Shown: positions 26,501 through 41,541, numbered from the whole stretch's first letter. The stretch is DNA of 63,566 bases, filler included, from Platydemus manokwari (GCA_037951405.1; 5 parts of 5 records of this genome joined end to end with filler, not necessarily neighbours in it); one strand, 5' to 3'. Notes: a model not told the origin generated them from the letters alone. Program-made: numbers and translations.

Positions 26501-28261
26501 GATGAAGCAGCTTGTATTGACAATAATATCATTGAACCCGGTGAGCATAGATCTGTATATACATTACTGATTTTGTTTGAATGTTATCAATATATTTATC
26601 TTATCAGATATATTCTATTTAAAAATAATACTTAAAATCGATAGAAAATAGAAAATTTTGTTTCTAATGATTTTTAAAATGATCTTTAATTCATATCGAT
26701 TTTCTTATTTATCGATTTATGAAATTGATTGATCAAATCAAATACAAAATAAACGCTTATTTATAACACAGGTTGATGTACAATCATTTATTGATTCTTA
26801 ATATATTTAACAATATAATAATAATAATTTGTAATCGATATCTGACATCAATTGAAATAATTATTTTCTATTAATCAAGTATTGATCTTCTTTCAAATTG
26901 ATAGAATTACAGGAGCTTTGAAGAGAAAATATCCTGCATTACATAACAAGCCCCACACAGGTACTTAAAACGGCCGCCATATCTTTGATTTTATGGACAT
27001 CCTATTTAAGATTTGATTGATTGTATTTAATATTATCAAAGATGTTTTAATCTCTCCTAACATTGTTACTGAAAATAAATTATGAAAAAATTGATTTTAT
27101 TAATCAAAACAATATCATTGAAAAATGATCAAGATTTATTCGATAATGAATTCATTTTATTTTAACAGGACAGCAAGTAATGGTAAGTTGTGCCAGCAAA
27201 TTGATTAGATGCATGGAATAGTTGGTAAATGATATATGTAGCTGATTGAGTTATTAGAATTAATGTGACCAGTTTGGTATTGTTTGGAATTGTATATGTG
27301 GTGATCGCGCATGAGATTGAATATGAAATCTATAATTATTCCCAAATTTATTGATCCATCATAAATATTTATGATTAAATTTATGTGGTCACGATAAATA
27401 CAATTTCCACAAAAGCCCTTGAAATCCTTTGTTAAAACCTAGGAGTTGATCGTTTGACAAAGAAACTTCGTGTACTGTGATGCTTGCTGATTGGCTAACA
27501 TTTGTGGAGAAATTTTTAAAAATTGTTTCAACATATTGAAAATAAATGAGGTGCAAAAAATACATAAAACACGCTTTATTTTGGATTTTTAATACGCAAA
27601 ACATTTCATGGAAAATGCTAGCCATTTAAAATGGGATTTTCGCTTACTTTAATAACGATCAATACGGTTTATCGCTCAAAAAATTGAACAAGACATATAT
27701 CGAGTATCGGATTTTTGTGATTGAAAATGTTTCTTCATAAATTTTCGTGAAGCTTGATGTATTGATTGATTCTGCTTTCGATATTTTTCCACATCAAACT
27801 ATGTTGCATTATGGTATTTTCAAGGTTCCGGTAATTGATTTTATTTTCTGTTTATTCATCCATTACCCGTCTTATTTCTCCAGCTTCCGAAAATCATCTT
27901 TTCGTCAAATACCTTCTATTATGGTCCAAAATTCTAAAGAAAAAATATTTCTTTTATTTAAAAAGCGTAAAAGCTAATTCCTAACGAAAAATTAATTCTT
28001 AAAGTTTTCCGTGTCATTTGGGATATCTTAAAAATATCGACATTTTATTTTTTTCACATCAAATAAAAAAAAATAAAAAATATCGAAATTTAAATTTTAT
28101 TTTTTCACATTATTCGCTGCTTTGACATCGGTTGATGAATTTATTTTAATTTTGCACTTTTGCTTGCTGTTGCTTGTCGCCTTTCCTGTGTGAGAATCAA
28201 AACATTATGTTTCTATTTTCAGACCAAACCAGTCACTCAGCCTCAAGATGAACACCCATCT
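20524..28261 (+). CDS. Ankyrin-repeat protein, multi-exon, 3' end probably lost at the contig break
   Basis: ATG GG|GTAAGT at 20524. Exons 20575-20674, 21346-21447, 21499-21597, 21672-21770, 21820-21918, 21968-22063 and 24932-25021, then ~9 short exons to 26540 and probable exons at 26913, ~27169 and ~28223. Canonical repeats such as TPIHIACQHGHLDIGKLLIE and RPIHIACWYGHIDLVMLLIE. Introns are phase 0 across the repeat region. Confidence 0.85.
21240..21258. repeat. (CA)n microsatellite
   Basis: Run of CA dinucleotides in an ankyrin-gene intron. Confidence 0.9.
25873..26152. repeat. 10-bp tandem repeat (TATATACATT) expanding an ankyrin-gene intron
   Basis: About 27 imperfect copies with TGTATACATT / TATAGACATT variants. 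Confidence 0.95.
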
Positions 28262-28786
28262 TGTAAGTTAAAATTGTTATTGAAATGATGTGTTTGAAAA
28301 AATTGAACGAAATCGTACGTCACAATTTTTATTTTTGTTTTTTTTTTATTGATTTTATACATTTTGAAGAAATCATTGGAATTGGCTGATTGTCTTAATT
28401 TAAAAAGGCTATTATGTGGTAGTTTTTCTAAGGGTCTCTAAAGAACTACTCAGCCGAGATGGCTGACCTGCAATCCTAGAGTCCAACGTGACATATTCTT
28501 AAATATATTGTGTTATTGAGGTGGTTATGGATTTTAAGCAAAACGTGCTGGTAATGAACTTGTTAAATATATTTATGCAATATCGGTCAGTTAGGTTTCT
28601 AACTTTATTATCTTTTCCATGAAATCTGAAACATCACTGCTTAGCTATTCTTTACATACTCTTTCTACAAGAAAATTTCGTAAATGTGCTTCATGCTTTA
28701 TTCTTAATTCAACTCATAGTTACTAACATTATCCTGATGTTATGTCTATTTTTCTGTCTTATGTCATAGTCTTCCCAAACCATGTC

Positions 28787-28886
28787 NNNNNNNNNNNNNN
28801 NNNNNNNNNNNNNNNNNNNNNNNNNNNNNNTTAATTAATTAANNNNNNNNNNNNNNNNNNNNNNNNNNNNNNNNNNNNNNNNNNNN
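28787..28886. other. Artificial contig spacer
   Basis: 44N-TTAATTAATTAA-44N. Confidence 0.97.
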
Positions 28887-29288
28887 CAGAAAAAAATTAA
28901 AAATAAACAACCAATCAGAAACAAATATAAACATAGAATCAATATATAAAGAAAGTTAAAATAAAACGTATATCTGATGATTATATAACTATCTGTCCAA
29001 ACACACCAAGAATCAAGAAATAAATAATCGGTTATTTGTACATAAGAGAATCATTGCGATCATAGTTTATAGATCCATTGATTGTGTGATATATTATAGG
29101 CCAATAAGAACAGCAAAATATTTGTAAACAAGTATCATGCCAGTAATAAGAAAAATAATAATAACATTGTCCAAGACCTTAAGAACTGACAAATCAATTA
29201 CTAACTAAAAAGCTTGGATCAGTGAAAACGAAAATAAACAATTAGAAATGAATGTTTTTTATATAATATTTATATATCTTCTGGTAAG

Positions 29289-32200
29289 TTATTTTTTACG
29301 GCCCAAAGTGAAGAATTTCTTTTTTCCGTGATGACTTTCACTTGTGTCAGTTGCTCCATGCTGTTGAGAAGGAAGAGTATGTGATCGTACTGTACTGTCA
29401 GTTTCACCAGCGGCATTATTTAATTTTGTGATCCATTCGCTCATTTCTGCCTCTGATTTTGCTTGAAATAAATATTCACCACCATTGGCCAATTTGATTC
29501 TGAAAACGTTGACTCGCTTTGTGTAATCAGTTGCAGGTCCAATCTTAGCTCCGATCAACTGAAGTGGAGATTCATGGTGATATAATTCACTAGGTTTCTC
29601 CTTGCAATGCTTTTGGTCTTTATAAGCACTTAAAGTACTTTCATTAAGTGAAACATAAAGTTCATGCCATGATCGACCAGATGCTTTTTTATTTGCATTT
29701 TCCCATTCATGTTTTCGACTTAATGTTCCTTCGTGTGATTCAGAACTACTCTGTTTGGATGTCGTAGGATGCTCTATTGATTCTTCTTCCTGACTTGATG
29801 GTTTTTGAGAAGAAGTCATTTGTTGTGATGCAGATGAAGCTTCTAAGGTTACTTCCGATTCTATTGCTGGTTCTAACTTTTGTAATTTAGGAGTTGGAGG
29901 TGGTTGAAATTCTTTGATGGCTTCATTTATTCTTTGTAATTTATCTAGTTCTTTTTGTTTTTGAGCTTCTAAAGATGCTTCCTTAGCTCTCAATTCCAGG
30001 GTAGTCAATTTTTTTAACGCTTCAAAACGCTCTTCTTGAGTCATTAATGCTCTTTCAAAGGTGATGTGCTTTTTCAATAAAGCAAGAGTTTCATCGAGAT
30101 TTTCTCCTAGATCTTGACAACTCAAATATGTATATTGTGCCATTAACCAAGACTCAGCCATAGCTGCATCACGAGCAAATTGGTAGACTTCTAATATCAA
30201 ATAGAGATAATCGTATCGTTCAGTCCACTGATCAATCAAATTAACACGAGTAGTCACAACCTAAAAAAGAAATTCAAGTGAATATTCAGTTTGATTAATG
30301 ATTTAATTTCCTACTTCTATGCATTTCTCTCGAATATCGCTTTCACGAGGATGACGTCGATTTAGTAAAGTTCTTCCTAAACTAAGACAAATACTGAAAT
30401 TCTCTTCTCTGGCATCAATTTCAGCTTTCAGACTGCGATGATTATTCACAAGAAGATCAACACCGGCAACATCTCTGTAAATAATTTGATTCAAAAAAAA
30501 TATGAAAATATTTTTTGGAGATCAAACTTTTTCCGAATTTGTTTTTAAATGAACAATATATTTGAGAGATTTAATTTATTCCAAATGCTTATATATAGTG
30601 ATTATTATTTAATGAATGCCAGTAATTTGACTTTGTTCAATATTGTTGAACTGATATATTTTGTCAATCTTTTATAACATGTATGACTGGATAATATTTA
30701 TGATCCATCATCTTATGACTTTTATTCCATCAAGGGAATTTTATACTTACAAATTTATTAAAGTGATTTTACTTTATAAAATGTATATATTTAAAATTTT
30801 GTGCTTAAAATAAAGATATTCCAGGCAATATTGTACAGATAATGTAGATTATTGTTCCAAAATACAAGAGCTATATTGAAATTTTTAATTAGTAAGTTAT
30901 TGTTATAAAACTCACAAAATACAGAGACAGTAATGTTGGGTGAATTATTGCAATATGGTAAATAATAAACATGTGTTATATTCTTTACTGATTGAAAATA
31001 CAAAGTTAAAATATCAACTCATTAAGTTTTTAAATCGGTCAAAATGTTATAAATAGGAATTAATTGATTTTTTAAAATGTATTTCGATCAGTTTGATTGC
31101 GCCCAAATTTTGTAAACACATTAAATCATATTTTTAGATATTCGTAATTTTCGTAAAAGTCAAGTTCAGTGGTTATCTTATAAAATGTCATGTAATTAAT
31201 TATTTCAGTTTATATTTTTAAATAACTAATATAAATAATACACACTTATCTTATAAATCTTTATATATGTACTGAAAAGAGCTTGTAAAATTCAGTATTT
31301 CAATTCACAATTTTACAAACAATATAAAGATAATTAGCTACTTACATAACAGTAAGTATATAATAGTTAACATAATATTACTTTGGTTTATCTTTTGCAT
31401 CCATTTGTTGACGCATTTCATACATCCAATTCATTAGTTCTCGAACCATTGCCAAAAATCGATGAAGATCTGCTGCATCCAATAAATGAACTTTGCGAAA
31501 TTCTGATGCCATTTGTAATTCTCTCCAGGCATGAAGTAATTCATCGCGACGATCACAAATCATTCGTTCCTTTTGACCAGCATATAATGGTAACAAGTGA
31601 TTAGCGGTCTCAACTGCTGACTCGATCTGTTGACCTAATCTTTGTACTTCTTGTTCAAATGCTTGATGTTTACGTTGATAAGTTGCAACTGATTTTGCAT
31701 CACGACCCACTTCTTCTGGTATGACTAATTTCTTTTCCGATATTCTATCGAGGAGATCCTAAACAGGTTATTTCTTTAACAGATTTGATAGGAAATATTT
31801 AACTTTACAATTCAATATTTTATCAGAGACCATTTGTTTATAATTAGAAAAATAGACATTCCTATAACACTAGAAAAGTAAATAGAAAAGCAAGTAACGA
31901 AGCAGTCAACATACACACGCATACAGGAAGAAATGGACACACACTGTCGGTAGAATTATTCCAACACACATGCACTGTAGAGAATGAAAGACTAAGTATT
32001 CAGAAATTAGTTTATTCATAGAATCTAGCATATAATATCGATTTTCAATACACTGTACAAGAACGATATAATAAATAAACAGAATTGTTAGCCCTTGTTG
32101 AAATAAGAATGAAAAAGGAATAATTTTTCTATTCAAACAAAGGAAAAATGATTTTATTTTAATAACTCAGGAAGCTTGTAGTCATAAAAAATTAATTATA

Positions 32201-35200
32201 GAATTACCTATAATTATGAAAGGGTTCATGATTACATAAATTAATAAAAGCAAAGTTGTAAATCTGTTAAAATATCGAGGTATCGTGCAGAATTTCAAAT
32301 CGCTGCTTCAAAGTATTTTTAGAGGTATTAATTTTTAGGCTTTGTTAAAATGATGAGGCTGAGTAGCTAAGATAAAATAGTCCATTCTTATTTAATCTGA
32401 AAATAAATCAATCATTAAATTGGAAGCTATTTTGATTTTTAAAGATTAAAATTTTAATCGTATTTTGACTCAGTGATAAAATATTATTTACCTGACAATC
32501 ACTCAAGAATTTGTGCAAATCCCAAGCGGCTTTGAGAAGTTGTATTCTAGTTTCTATTAATTCTAATAAATCGGCCCAAGATTCATTTATTCTATCCTTC
32601 CATTGTGCAATTTCTGCAGACTCAGCGTGTCCTTGATTAATTAAGGCATCACATAATTCATTGGCAGCACAAATTCTTCCTCCACCAATTGTATTTGTTT
32701 CTTTTGCAAATTCAGTGAAACGATCTCTTAATAAACAACAATGTTCATAATCAGATCCCATTTCATGGCTGCTAGCCAATACTATTCTTTCAGCAATCCA
32801 CGTTTCTAAATCTACAATTTCCTTCAACAAATGATATAATTTAACATTTTCTTCCAATCTGAATTGTCTATCAGAACAGAGATCTCTTGATCCAGCATAC
32901 ATTTTGTCTACTTTAGATTGTTTTTGGGCAACGATGTCACTTTGCGGGTGACATGAGTGCAACATTTGCTGGCTGCGTTCTCCTAAACTTCTGATTTCAT
33001 CAGCATACTTTTCGATCATTTTTTCTATGTGCTGATGCTTTTTCATCAAATTATTTGCTCCTTGTTCATCCTAATAAAAAAATGTTCAAAATTTTATCCA
33101 CACAAAATGATTTTCCAAATCTAACAAAAAATAAGCAATTAAATTTATTTGTAACCATAAAGTAAATATAAGTAAAAAATTCAAATTTACTTTTGCCTTT
33201 TCAGGACTCATCAAATATAATTCTTGTTCTGCCATCCATGCTTCTGCCTCACTAGCGTCAAACAAATATTGTTGAGCCACAAGATTGTCTTCCAATATTG
33301 CGGATCGCTCAAAAAGTTTCATCTGCAACTCATCCCATAGTTCCCACAATTGCTTCATCGCGATTTCAAATTTTTCGCTTTGCGGATGGCCTTCAGAAAT
33401 CATTGTTTGCCCATCCTGTTAAGATAATTAACACCTTAACACGACAATAAATTATTCTTACGTCACAGACAGCCTCAATTCTTGGTTTATGATTATCGAC
33501 TTCATTGCTTAGTGTTTTTAATCGACGAATTAACTGTTGAACTGCTAACAACGAATCTCCAATGGCTCCATTATTTTGAACCAAATTAATCTTTTCTTCT
33601 ATCCACTGTTTCTCGTCTTCAATATCTCTTAAGAACTGTCGAACGCGTTTGCGTTTCATCAAATTGTCGCGTCTACCAGCTAATGGTGCCTCAACTTGGG
33701 TTAACTTTACTCTGACTTCTTGTTGCATCTGCTCGATTTCTTCTTCACGGTCTGGGTATTGTTCTTTAAGTTTTACAGCGTGAGTCTACAACACATAATA
33801 TTTCGTTGAATAAACAATCTTAATTAACGATGTAAGGAAAGTTAACTAAATGATTTTACAATTAAAACTGTGATCAATAAGTAAAATAATAATGACCTCC
33901 ATATCTAAAAGAAGTTTGCGCTTTTGTTCTAACTCTTTGTCTTTTTTTTCTTGATCTTTCATCTGTTCATTGATTTCAACTAGACCTACTTCTGTTTCTG
34001 AATCTTCTTCGGTCGTTATTATCTGAGAACTAATATCAGTAATCCATTCATTCATAGATTTAGCAGTTTCATTGAAAATGGTTTCTAGTTAACAATCAAA
34101 ATTCAATATAATAATAATACTTATTATTATTCCAAAAATACCTCGATTAGCATCGGCAATTTTCATACTCTTATCTTGAGCTGTTTTATTCAATTCTGAC
34201 CATTGTTGAGCTAATTCGTCAATTTTCTTTTGAGTTATCTCAGCAAATTGAGGTCGTTGTTGCATCAATTCTTCACCATCCTAAAATCAAGAAAATATAA
34301 AAAATTGTTTGGTTATAAAATAAATGAAATCAAAAAATGAGTTAGAATGTAAAATATGATATATATTATAGAATTTCATTTTTATAATTATTCAAAATTT
34401 TCAATAATGACAAGGGAATGCTTCTCATCTATTCACCAGATTTTAAATATTCGTCACATAAAATAATCATCATTTTAATAATAAAATAAAATTAATATCC
34501 AACAAAGGTTAATAAATTTTGAACTATAGATAATTTTAGAAATTAAGCATGAATCATTTTAAGTAAAAGGGAAATTACACATCATATTTTGGAGGAAAGT
34601 CCAATTTTAATGTAAGTTTTAATGAAATTTGGAAAACACCCTTGTAATAAAGAATTTATTTTTAATAAAATGAATTTATAATAATGCGGCTTTAACAAGT
34701 TTTAAGAAGTATCTCCAGATTTACATCTTGCAGAACGTATCTATCTAATAAAAAAACAATGAACTTAAAAACATATTCATGGAATATATTAAGAATATTA
34801 GATATCCAAAAGATCCCGAAATTGCTTCATATACAAGCTAGGATTTCAAGTACTGCGCTCAATAAGTCAACATTAAAGTAAAGTACGGATCTATTTAACC
34901 ATTTCAAATTAATCATTTACAAAATTGCTAATAAATGGCATGCCTACTGTGCCTAGAGAAAATTGTTTTGTTCTGGAATTAAAAATCTAACAAGAGCAAT
35001 TATTTCTTTTAAATACTGCATTGAATTACATATGTATATAATATTTTGTAAACAAAAAATTATTAATAACTTTTGCATAAATGAATCGACAAATATCCGA
35101 ATAATATTTTGATGAGAAGGATAAATTGATATATATATAAATGACATGTCGTTCATAGTTACAATAAAGCAATAAAAAGAATTTTTATGATTGATATTTT

Positions 35201-38200
35201 CATATCGGAATGATTCAAAGCAAAATAATAAATTGGGCAAAATTTGTATGTAAAATATTGAAATAAAGATATTATTTATGAACTCCAAATAAATGAAAAA
35301 AATTATAGATAGAAAATATATCAATATCTAATATGAATTCTTGAAATAAGATAGAGTTAAATTTTAATGTTAAGATATTTGTTATGTCACCATGTTAATA
35401 AATGACAAAGTTATGAATTTAACATTTCACTTTGCACTAACATATGGTAGAATAAATAAAATATGCATTAACACAAGAAATACGATATTTATAAAATACC
35501 TACTAAGATGAAAGTGTCAAATTAACCACTTAATAGAAAATGTCATTCGGAAACTTCTTTATTAACTCAATAAATCAAAGAAATCTCTCATTAAATTTGA
35601 AAATTCTTTATTGTTTTGTTGATAAAGGTAATATAATTATTAATTATTTATAATGTAATTATTAATTTATTCTATATCCATTTAAATAACATTTAATAAA
35701 ATATTCAGATTTCTACCAGAAATAACATTATTGAAAAATATTTCCACCTCATTTAGCTAGTTACGAAAATATCTCAAACATTATTATTAAATATCAAATT
35801 TCATGTCAATAACTTTCAACACCAAAAAATAATTCACTTTAACAGAAATTATATCACAAGTGTTTTAAAATTTATCATATAATGTAAATTACAAGCGTTG
35901 CACGCACAAAATGAATTTTAGAGATTCGAACCGTAGATTGAATATATCACATTATCATCACTATATATTTTTAGTAATTTCCCCATCACAAATTTTACGT
36001 GGCGTAACATTAAAGTATTTTTATATAGGTCAACTAAAACTCAACTTCTGAGGACTTTTAAATCTTTTGTATTTAATTATATAATAATATTTTATTTATT
36101 TATATAATAATACAAGAAAATATTTTCATTGTTTTTAATCAAATTTATCCTCCGTTGTCCTTTATTATGTAAAATAATTTAAAAAATGTGATATCAAGGA
36201 TACATATTTTGCAAATTTGATTCGCAAGAAAACTTTGGTTAAGGAAAATATATAAATTAAAGTGCAAATTTTGATCACAGGACATATGGAAATAATTTTT
36301 AATATAAATAAAATTATCAATTGTAGCAATTAATCGCTACAGTAAAATAAATACCAGATCATTTATCACTATTCAATTTGATAAGCAAAGATAGCTATAT
36401 TTATTTAAATGAAATCATGTTTTTATATTATTTTTGCACAATAACGGATATTTTATGTAGTGTATCAACGTTCAATTTACAAAACAAATATTTTATTTAT
36501 ATATATGGAAGTTGAATCAAATGATCTTTATCTAATGATTTTATCATAAATATTTTATAAAAATCATTTTCCTTACCTTAATCACTTTTTCAATTTTATC
36601 TTTATTCGCTCCAACTTCCTCTTCAAATGCTTTAAATCGCCCATAACGAGCTGATACATTCTGCAAATCTCGATATGAATCATCAGAAGCAATGATCATC
36701 TTTTCACCAATCCATTCTTCAACGTCTTCGACCTCTTGGTAAAATTCTTGCAATTCCAACTGAGCAGCGAGTAATTCAGAACGTTCACTAGATTTTCTTC
36801 GAATAGCTGCTCTCCTAATGAAATTAATAGTTATTTTAATCAATAGTTAATTTAATTAAGATGTTTTTCGAAATTATCGATTAATTCCCTTCGCATTGAT
36901 GAACTTATTAAATGATGTAATTATTACATCAGTGAATCCCATTTGTGCGGATATTTAGAATGAATAATATCGAATGTGTTCTTGTTATATTTATTATTTG
37001 AGGCGTATACTAAATAGTTTAAATCTGATTCACCTGGCTAATTAAACTGTGTGTAATCAAATAAACAAATTAACCAAATATTATTAAATAATCAACATAC
37101 AAAACATTGTTTCTATATGAATATTATAATAAATATTAACATTATTATCTTTACCTCTCAGCAATTTCATCGCATTTTTTCTGAATTTTCTCAGCATTAA
37201 AATTATTATCGGTAACGAGATTTCTTCCAGTTTCTATGAGAGCATCTATTTTAGCTTCATTGGTGATAGCATTATTATTAACATTATCATGTTGTTTAAT
37301 TGCTTCTTCAACTGCTTCAACAGATGTCTAAAATAAATGTCATCATAAATAATCAATTTTCAACATCATTTATATTAATATATTAATAATTTAATCCTAA
37401 CTGGGAGATCAGTTTTCATCACAGCATTTTCAAGACGGCTAAGGACGACGTCAATCTGTTGAGCATCTTTGAAAAAAGTCTAAAAAATATCACATATATC
37501 AATTAGTATTTAATTCAATGAATTACTTGAGCTTGTAAACTTTGATTTAATACAGCTTCTCTATCGTCACACATTTTCTCCAAACCTTCCCAACTTTCTT
37601 CGATACCGCTCAATCTTTGATTCAAAAACATATATTGGGCATCATCTTGTCCCTCAGTTACTTTCCGACCAAAATTGATGAGACGTTCGAATTCTGGTTG
37701 ATAAACAGCAATTTCTTGTTTCAGTTGATTGTGTTGATCTAACAGCTTTTCAGCTTCCTTAAAAAATCATTTATTAAAATTATATTCTGATAGATAAATC
37801 ATCACCTGAAGATTATTCGGTACGTCCTCTGATGCCACAGCTGTCTGAGATCGACTAAGCCACATTTGGAAATGATCTAGATCTTGTAAAAATCTTTGCA
37901 ACTCACTAGAATCATTTAGTTTATCATCGCGCTCTTTCAACATTCCTTTTAATTCAGTCCATAATTCACTAATTTTTGCTCGTTCTGGTTCGATAATTGT
38001 ACTAACCTCTGGTTTTCTTTGTTCGATATCGTCGGCTTCTTTATCAAGATGCTCTACTTTTGCTTCAATAGCTCTTAAATCTCTCTGAAGGCCACCCAAA
38101 CGTCTTTGCAATTGCATAATTCCTTCCAGATCATTGCCCAATTCGTCAGTAGACTGGATTAATTTTTCCTTTTCTATTATCCAATTTGCTGTTTCTTGAG

Positions 38201-41156
38201 CTTCAATTAAAAATTGATTATATTTATAGCTTGTTTCAATATCTTGCTTCTTCTTATCAACCATATCAGCAAGTTCATTCCAATTAATATTAAGATCATC
38301 TTGCTTCTGAATAATATGCTCGGTATTTGGATGCTCTTCAGATACTAAATCCTTCGACAATTCATTGACTTTACTGACTTTCTCAGCATTTGATCTCATT
38401 TCCGATTCAAAACAATCAAATCGATGTCGAATAACTTCCAATTCTTCCAATTCATCACTGGGTACAAGTGTGATGAGCAATTTTTCTTTTTCAATAATCC
38501 ATGTTTTTACAGAATCAGCAACATCGAAAAGTTTATACATTGACATAGCATCGAATAATTGTTGCTGCCGTAATTTGCTCAATTCTATTAATTCATCATA
38601 ACGATTATCAAGAGTATCAAGATGGCTGAAAATCTTGTTAGCATCTGTTTCTGGATATTCACTGATTGTTGACCCTTGAGCTCGTAATTGGTCTAAAGTC
38701 TGCCTGAAATTTGCCAATTCGTCCATGAGATCTTGGTGATTTTTTATCAATGCCTCAGTAAGGGCCAGTTTTGTACCGACATCTTCATTTTTCACAATCC
38801 TCAATTGATCAAGCATCCATGCATCAGCATCATCACAATCCGTTAATAATTGATAAAATTCCAAAGATTCTTCCAATCTTTGTCGTCTTTCTGCTGTTAA
38901 GTCAACGAGTTGTGCCCAAATAGTTTTCATTTTTTGAATTCTATCTTTGATCTTATCTTTACCCCAGTTGTCGTTTTCGATCAATTCTTCACCTTTCTGT
39001 AAGCCGGTTTCCAAAGCTTGTTGTCTGATTCGGACTTCTTCTTCGAGCGCTTTATGTTTACGTAAAAGTCTTTCCACTGAACTTAAATCATGACCCAAAT
39101 CAGGACTGGACATAAGTTGACTCTTTTCTTTGATCCATTCTTTATCATCTTCCATTTCCCAGAAGAATTGCCACATTTTCTTGGATTCTTGCAGTGCATT
39201 GTGTCTGTGGGATGCCAATTCCAATAAAGCTTGATAAGAATCTTTCAATTCTTGACAACGATTCTCCACTTCTGCTGGTTCAGCCGGTCGATATCCTTGT
39301 AAACTTTCATCGAAATCACAATCAATGAAAACTTGTGCTTGTTCTAGAACTTGATTCTTCCTGATTTCTAAAACTCTAATATCAGCTTCTAATAAACCAT
39401 GTTTCTGCAATAAATCGTCAACACCTAACAAATGTTTGCCACAATCTTCCGATTTCAATCGATTACCGATCTCATCAATCCAATCCAAAAGATAAATAAT
39501 TTCCTGGAATACATTTTGCATTTGTTTTGATAATTCCAAACGATTTCTGCGCATCTTCAACAATTCTAATAGTTCTTGCCACATACGAATAACGTTATCT
39601 TTTCGTGAATTGATTCTCTCAATATCATGATAATTCTCATCAGCCAATTCTTCAGCCACCGTCATCACAGCATTGACTCGTTCTTCATATGCAAATATAT
39701 CCGTTTCAATGGCTTCATGTTTCTTTGTTGCGGCTTCAACAGCGGCCAAATCACTACCGAAATTGTCCTGCGTCACTAATCGTTGATTTTCACTCAACCA
39801 AGCTTCTCTCATCGTTGTTTTTCGATCGAATCTTGATGCTAATTGATCCAATTTCTCCTGTCGAATCAATTCTTCTCTCAAACACAATTCCCGTTCATGT
39901 TCCGCCTTCTCCAATCGTTCCCAGGCTCGATTGATATCGGAAATGACTTTGCCTTCTTCCGGTGTGTACGGTTTCTGATTGTTAGCTCTCATTTCACTAT
40001 GGATTGTGAATAATAGCATTTCCAAATTGCCTTTTTCGTTAAATTTCGGTGGTTTCTCACTGATTCGATAGGTGTTGAATGCTGCTAATTGTTGTTGAAC
40101 ACCAGATAAAGAATTAGCAAATATCCGTTCATCTAACAATTGAATTGTATGATTGATCCATTCTAATAAATCCGATGATAATCGATCGTATTCCCGTATT
40201 CGATCTTCTGCTTCCATGGCTTGGCTTAATACTTTTCCAATACGTTTGCATTGAACGTTTTCGGTTTTCATTTTATTGAAATGGTGATAGAGCGTCACAA
40301 CGTACGTCATGATTGATTTTTCGTCTGGTTGTTCGACATTGATATCTTCGGCATCCAACAGTTTCGGAATCATTAAATCGTCTTCTGCAACATTGAAAGC
40401 ATTTCTCAAATTCTGCAATGGTGTGGACTTGTGAAGTTTCATATATTCAATGAGTTCTGGACAATGTTTGTGAATGATAGCATTGAACGCCAATCCATCC
40501 CGCCAACTGGTGGTGAAATTGCGAATGTTAACATTATTATATCCGGCGGTTTTCATTTGGCACCACAACAACAGAGCATCTTTAGCGCTTCGAGCATCGG
40601 AAGCATCGTATTCATCGAGAACGATATCTTGGATTTGAAATCGTAATATAATTGTCCATACCAAACCAAGTGTCAATCGAGGATTTCCATCGACAATATC
40701 GTGTGCGCCTACATTTTCCAAATGGACATGTTGATCAAGAAGAAAATTTATGGCTTTGTCAACATTAACCAAACAGTGAATACGCATTTTTCCACGGGTA
40801 GGTTTCGGTAATTTTTCACAGGCTAAAATTTCCAATAATTTGATCAGTTTTTTGCCGTCTCTTAAGTCCAAATATAGATCATCGACATATTCCGCAACTT
40901 TGGCCAAGTGTGAATTCATCCATTTTGTGAATGTTTTCTTCTGAACCATTTCTCTTTCCTCTGAATTTTAATATTAATTAATTAATTAATTACATTTTCT
41001 TATGAAAAAACCTGCTAAGGCTTTGATTCTTGATCGTTCATACAACTTTGAAACACTATCTCCTCCTTCAAATTCGTCATCATCACTGAAATATGCTCCA
41101 TTCCCATTTGCATTTGTATCCCATTTGATATTTTGCTGAATACTTTGAATTTCCAT
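29289..41156 (-). CDS. beta-Spec: Beta-spectrin (conventional, with C-terminal PH domain), complete
   Basis: ATG at 41156, MEIQ...YERSRIKALA|EEREMVQKKTFTKW. Tandem CH actin-binding domains (SAKDALLLWCQMKTAGY), a long series of spectrin repeats, then the partial repeat QFARDAAMAESWL. PH domain (LSRKHEWE..KKASGRSW...YLFQAKSEAEMSEW) and end KKKFFTLGRKK*. Exons join in phase through GT-AG introns. Confidence 0.97.
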
Positions 41157-41441
41157 TTCTAATCCAATTTAAAAGAAAATTTTTATTAAATCGAAAAAGA
41201 AGTATTGATATAATTATATATCTAAAATCACAGAAACAATGTCAGTAATGTAAATGTTATTAATTCATTATAACAATTTCATATAAATACAAATTTATGA
41301 TATATTTTTTTAAAATTTAATTTGAAAGATTTTTTTTATGATTCTTTTTTAGGTTTTTTGTTCTTAAAATATTTGATTAATTTTTTCAAATAATTAATTA
41401 AATATTATAAAAAGCTAAACATTTTGGGGATTAATTTTAAT

Positions 41442-41541
41442 NNNNNNNNNNNNNNNNNNNNNNNNNNNNNNNNNNNNNNNNNNNNTTAATTAATTAANNN
41501 NNNNNNNNNNNNNNNNNNNNNNNNNNNNNNNNNNNNNNNNN
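41442..41541. other. Artificial contig spacer
   Basis: 44N-TTAATTAATTAA-44N. Confidence 0.97.

Noticed and set aside
27169-27220. GQQVMVS as the start of a TIR domain in the ankyrin gene
   Set aside because: A consensus GTAAGT donor follows GQQVM, and the next plausible exon (TKPVTQPQDEHPS) is not TIR-like.
27389-27625. piggyBac-like transposase relic (SITVHE...DQLLGF)
   Set aside because: Only a weak partial motif; no TTAA-flanked TIRs confirmed.
34953-35324. 123-aa hydrophobic ORF in a spectrin intron (similarly 2154, 5879, 30791, 56364)
   Set aside because: Ile/Phe/Asn-rich compositional ORFs typical of AT-rich non-coding DNA.
38365-40646. Plus-strand ORFs 38365-38601, 39689-39934 and 40431-40646 (similarly 31383, 53426, 62217-62733)
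   Set aside because: Antisense shadows of strongly coding minus-strand exons, with no motifs of their own.
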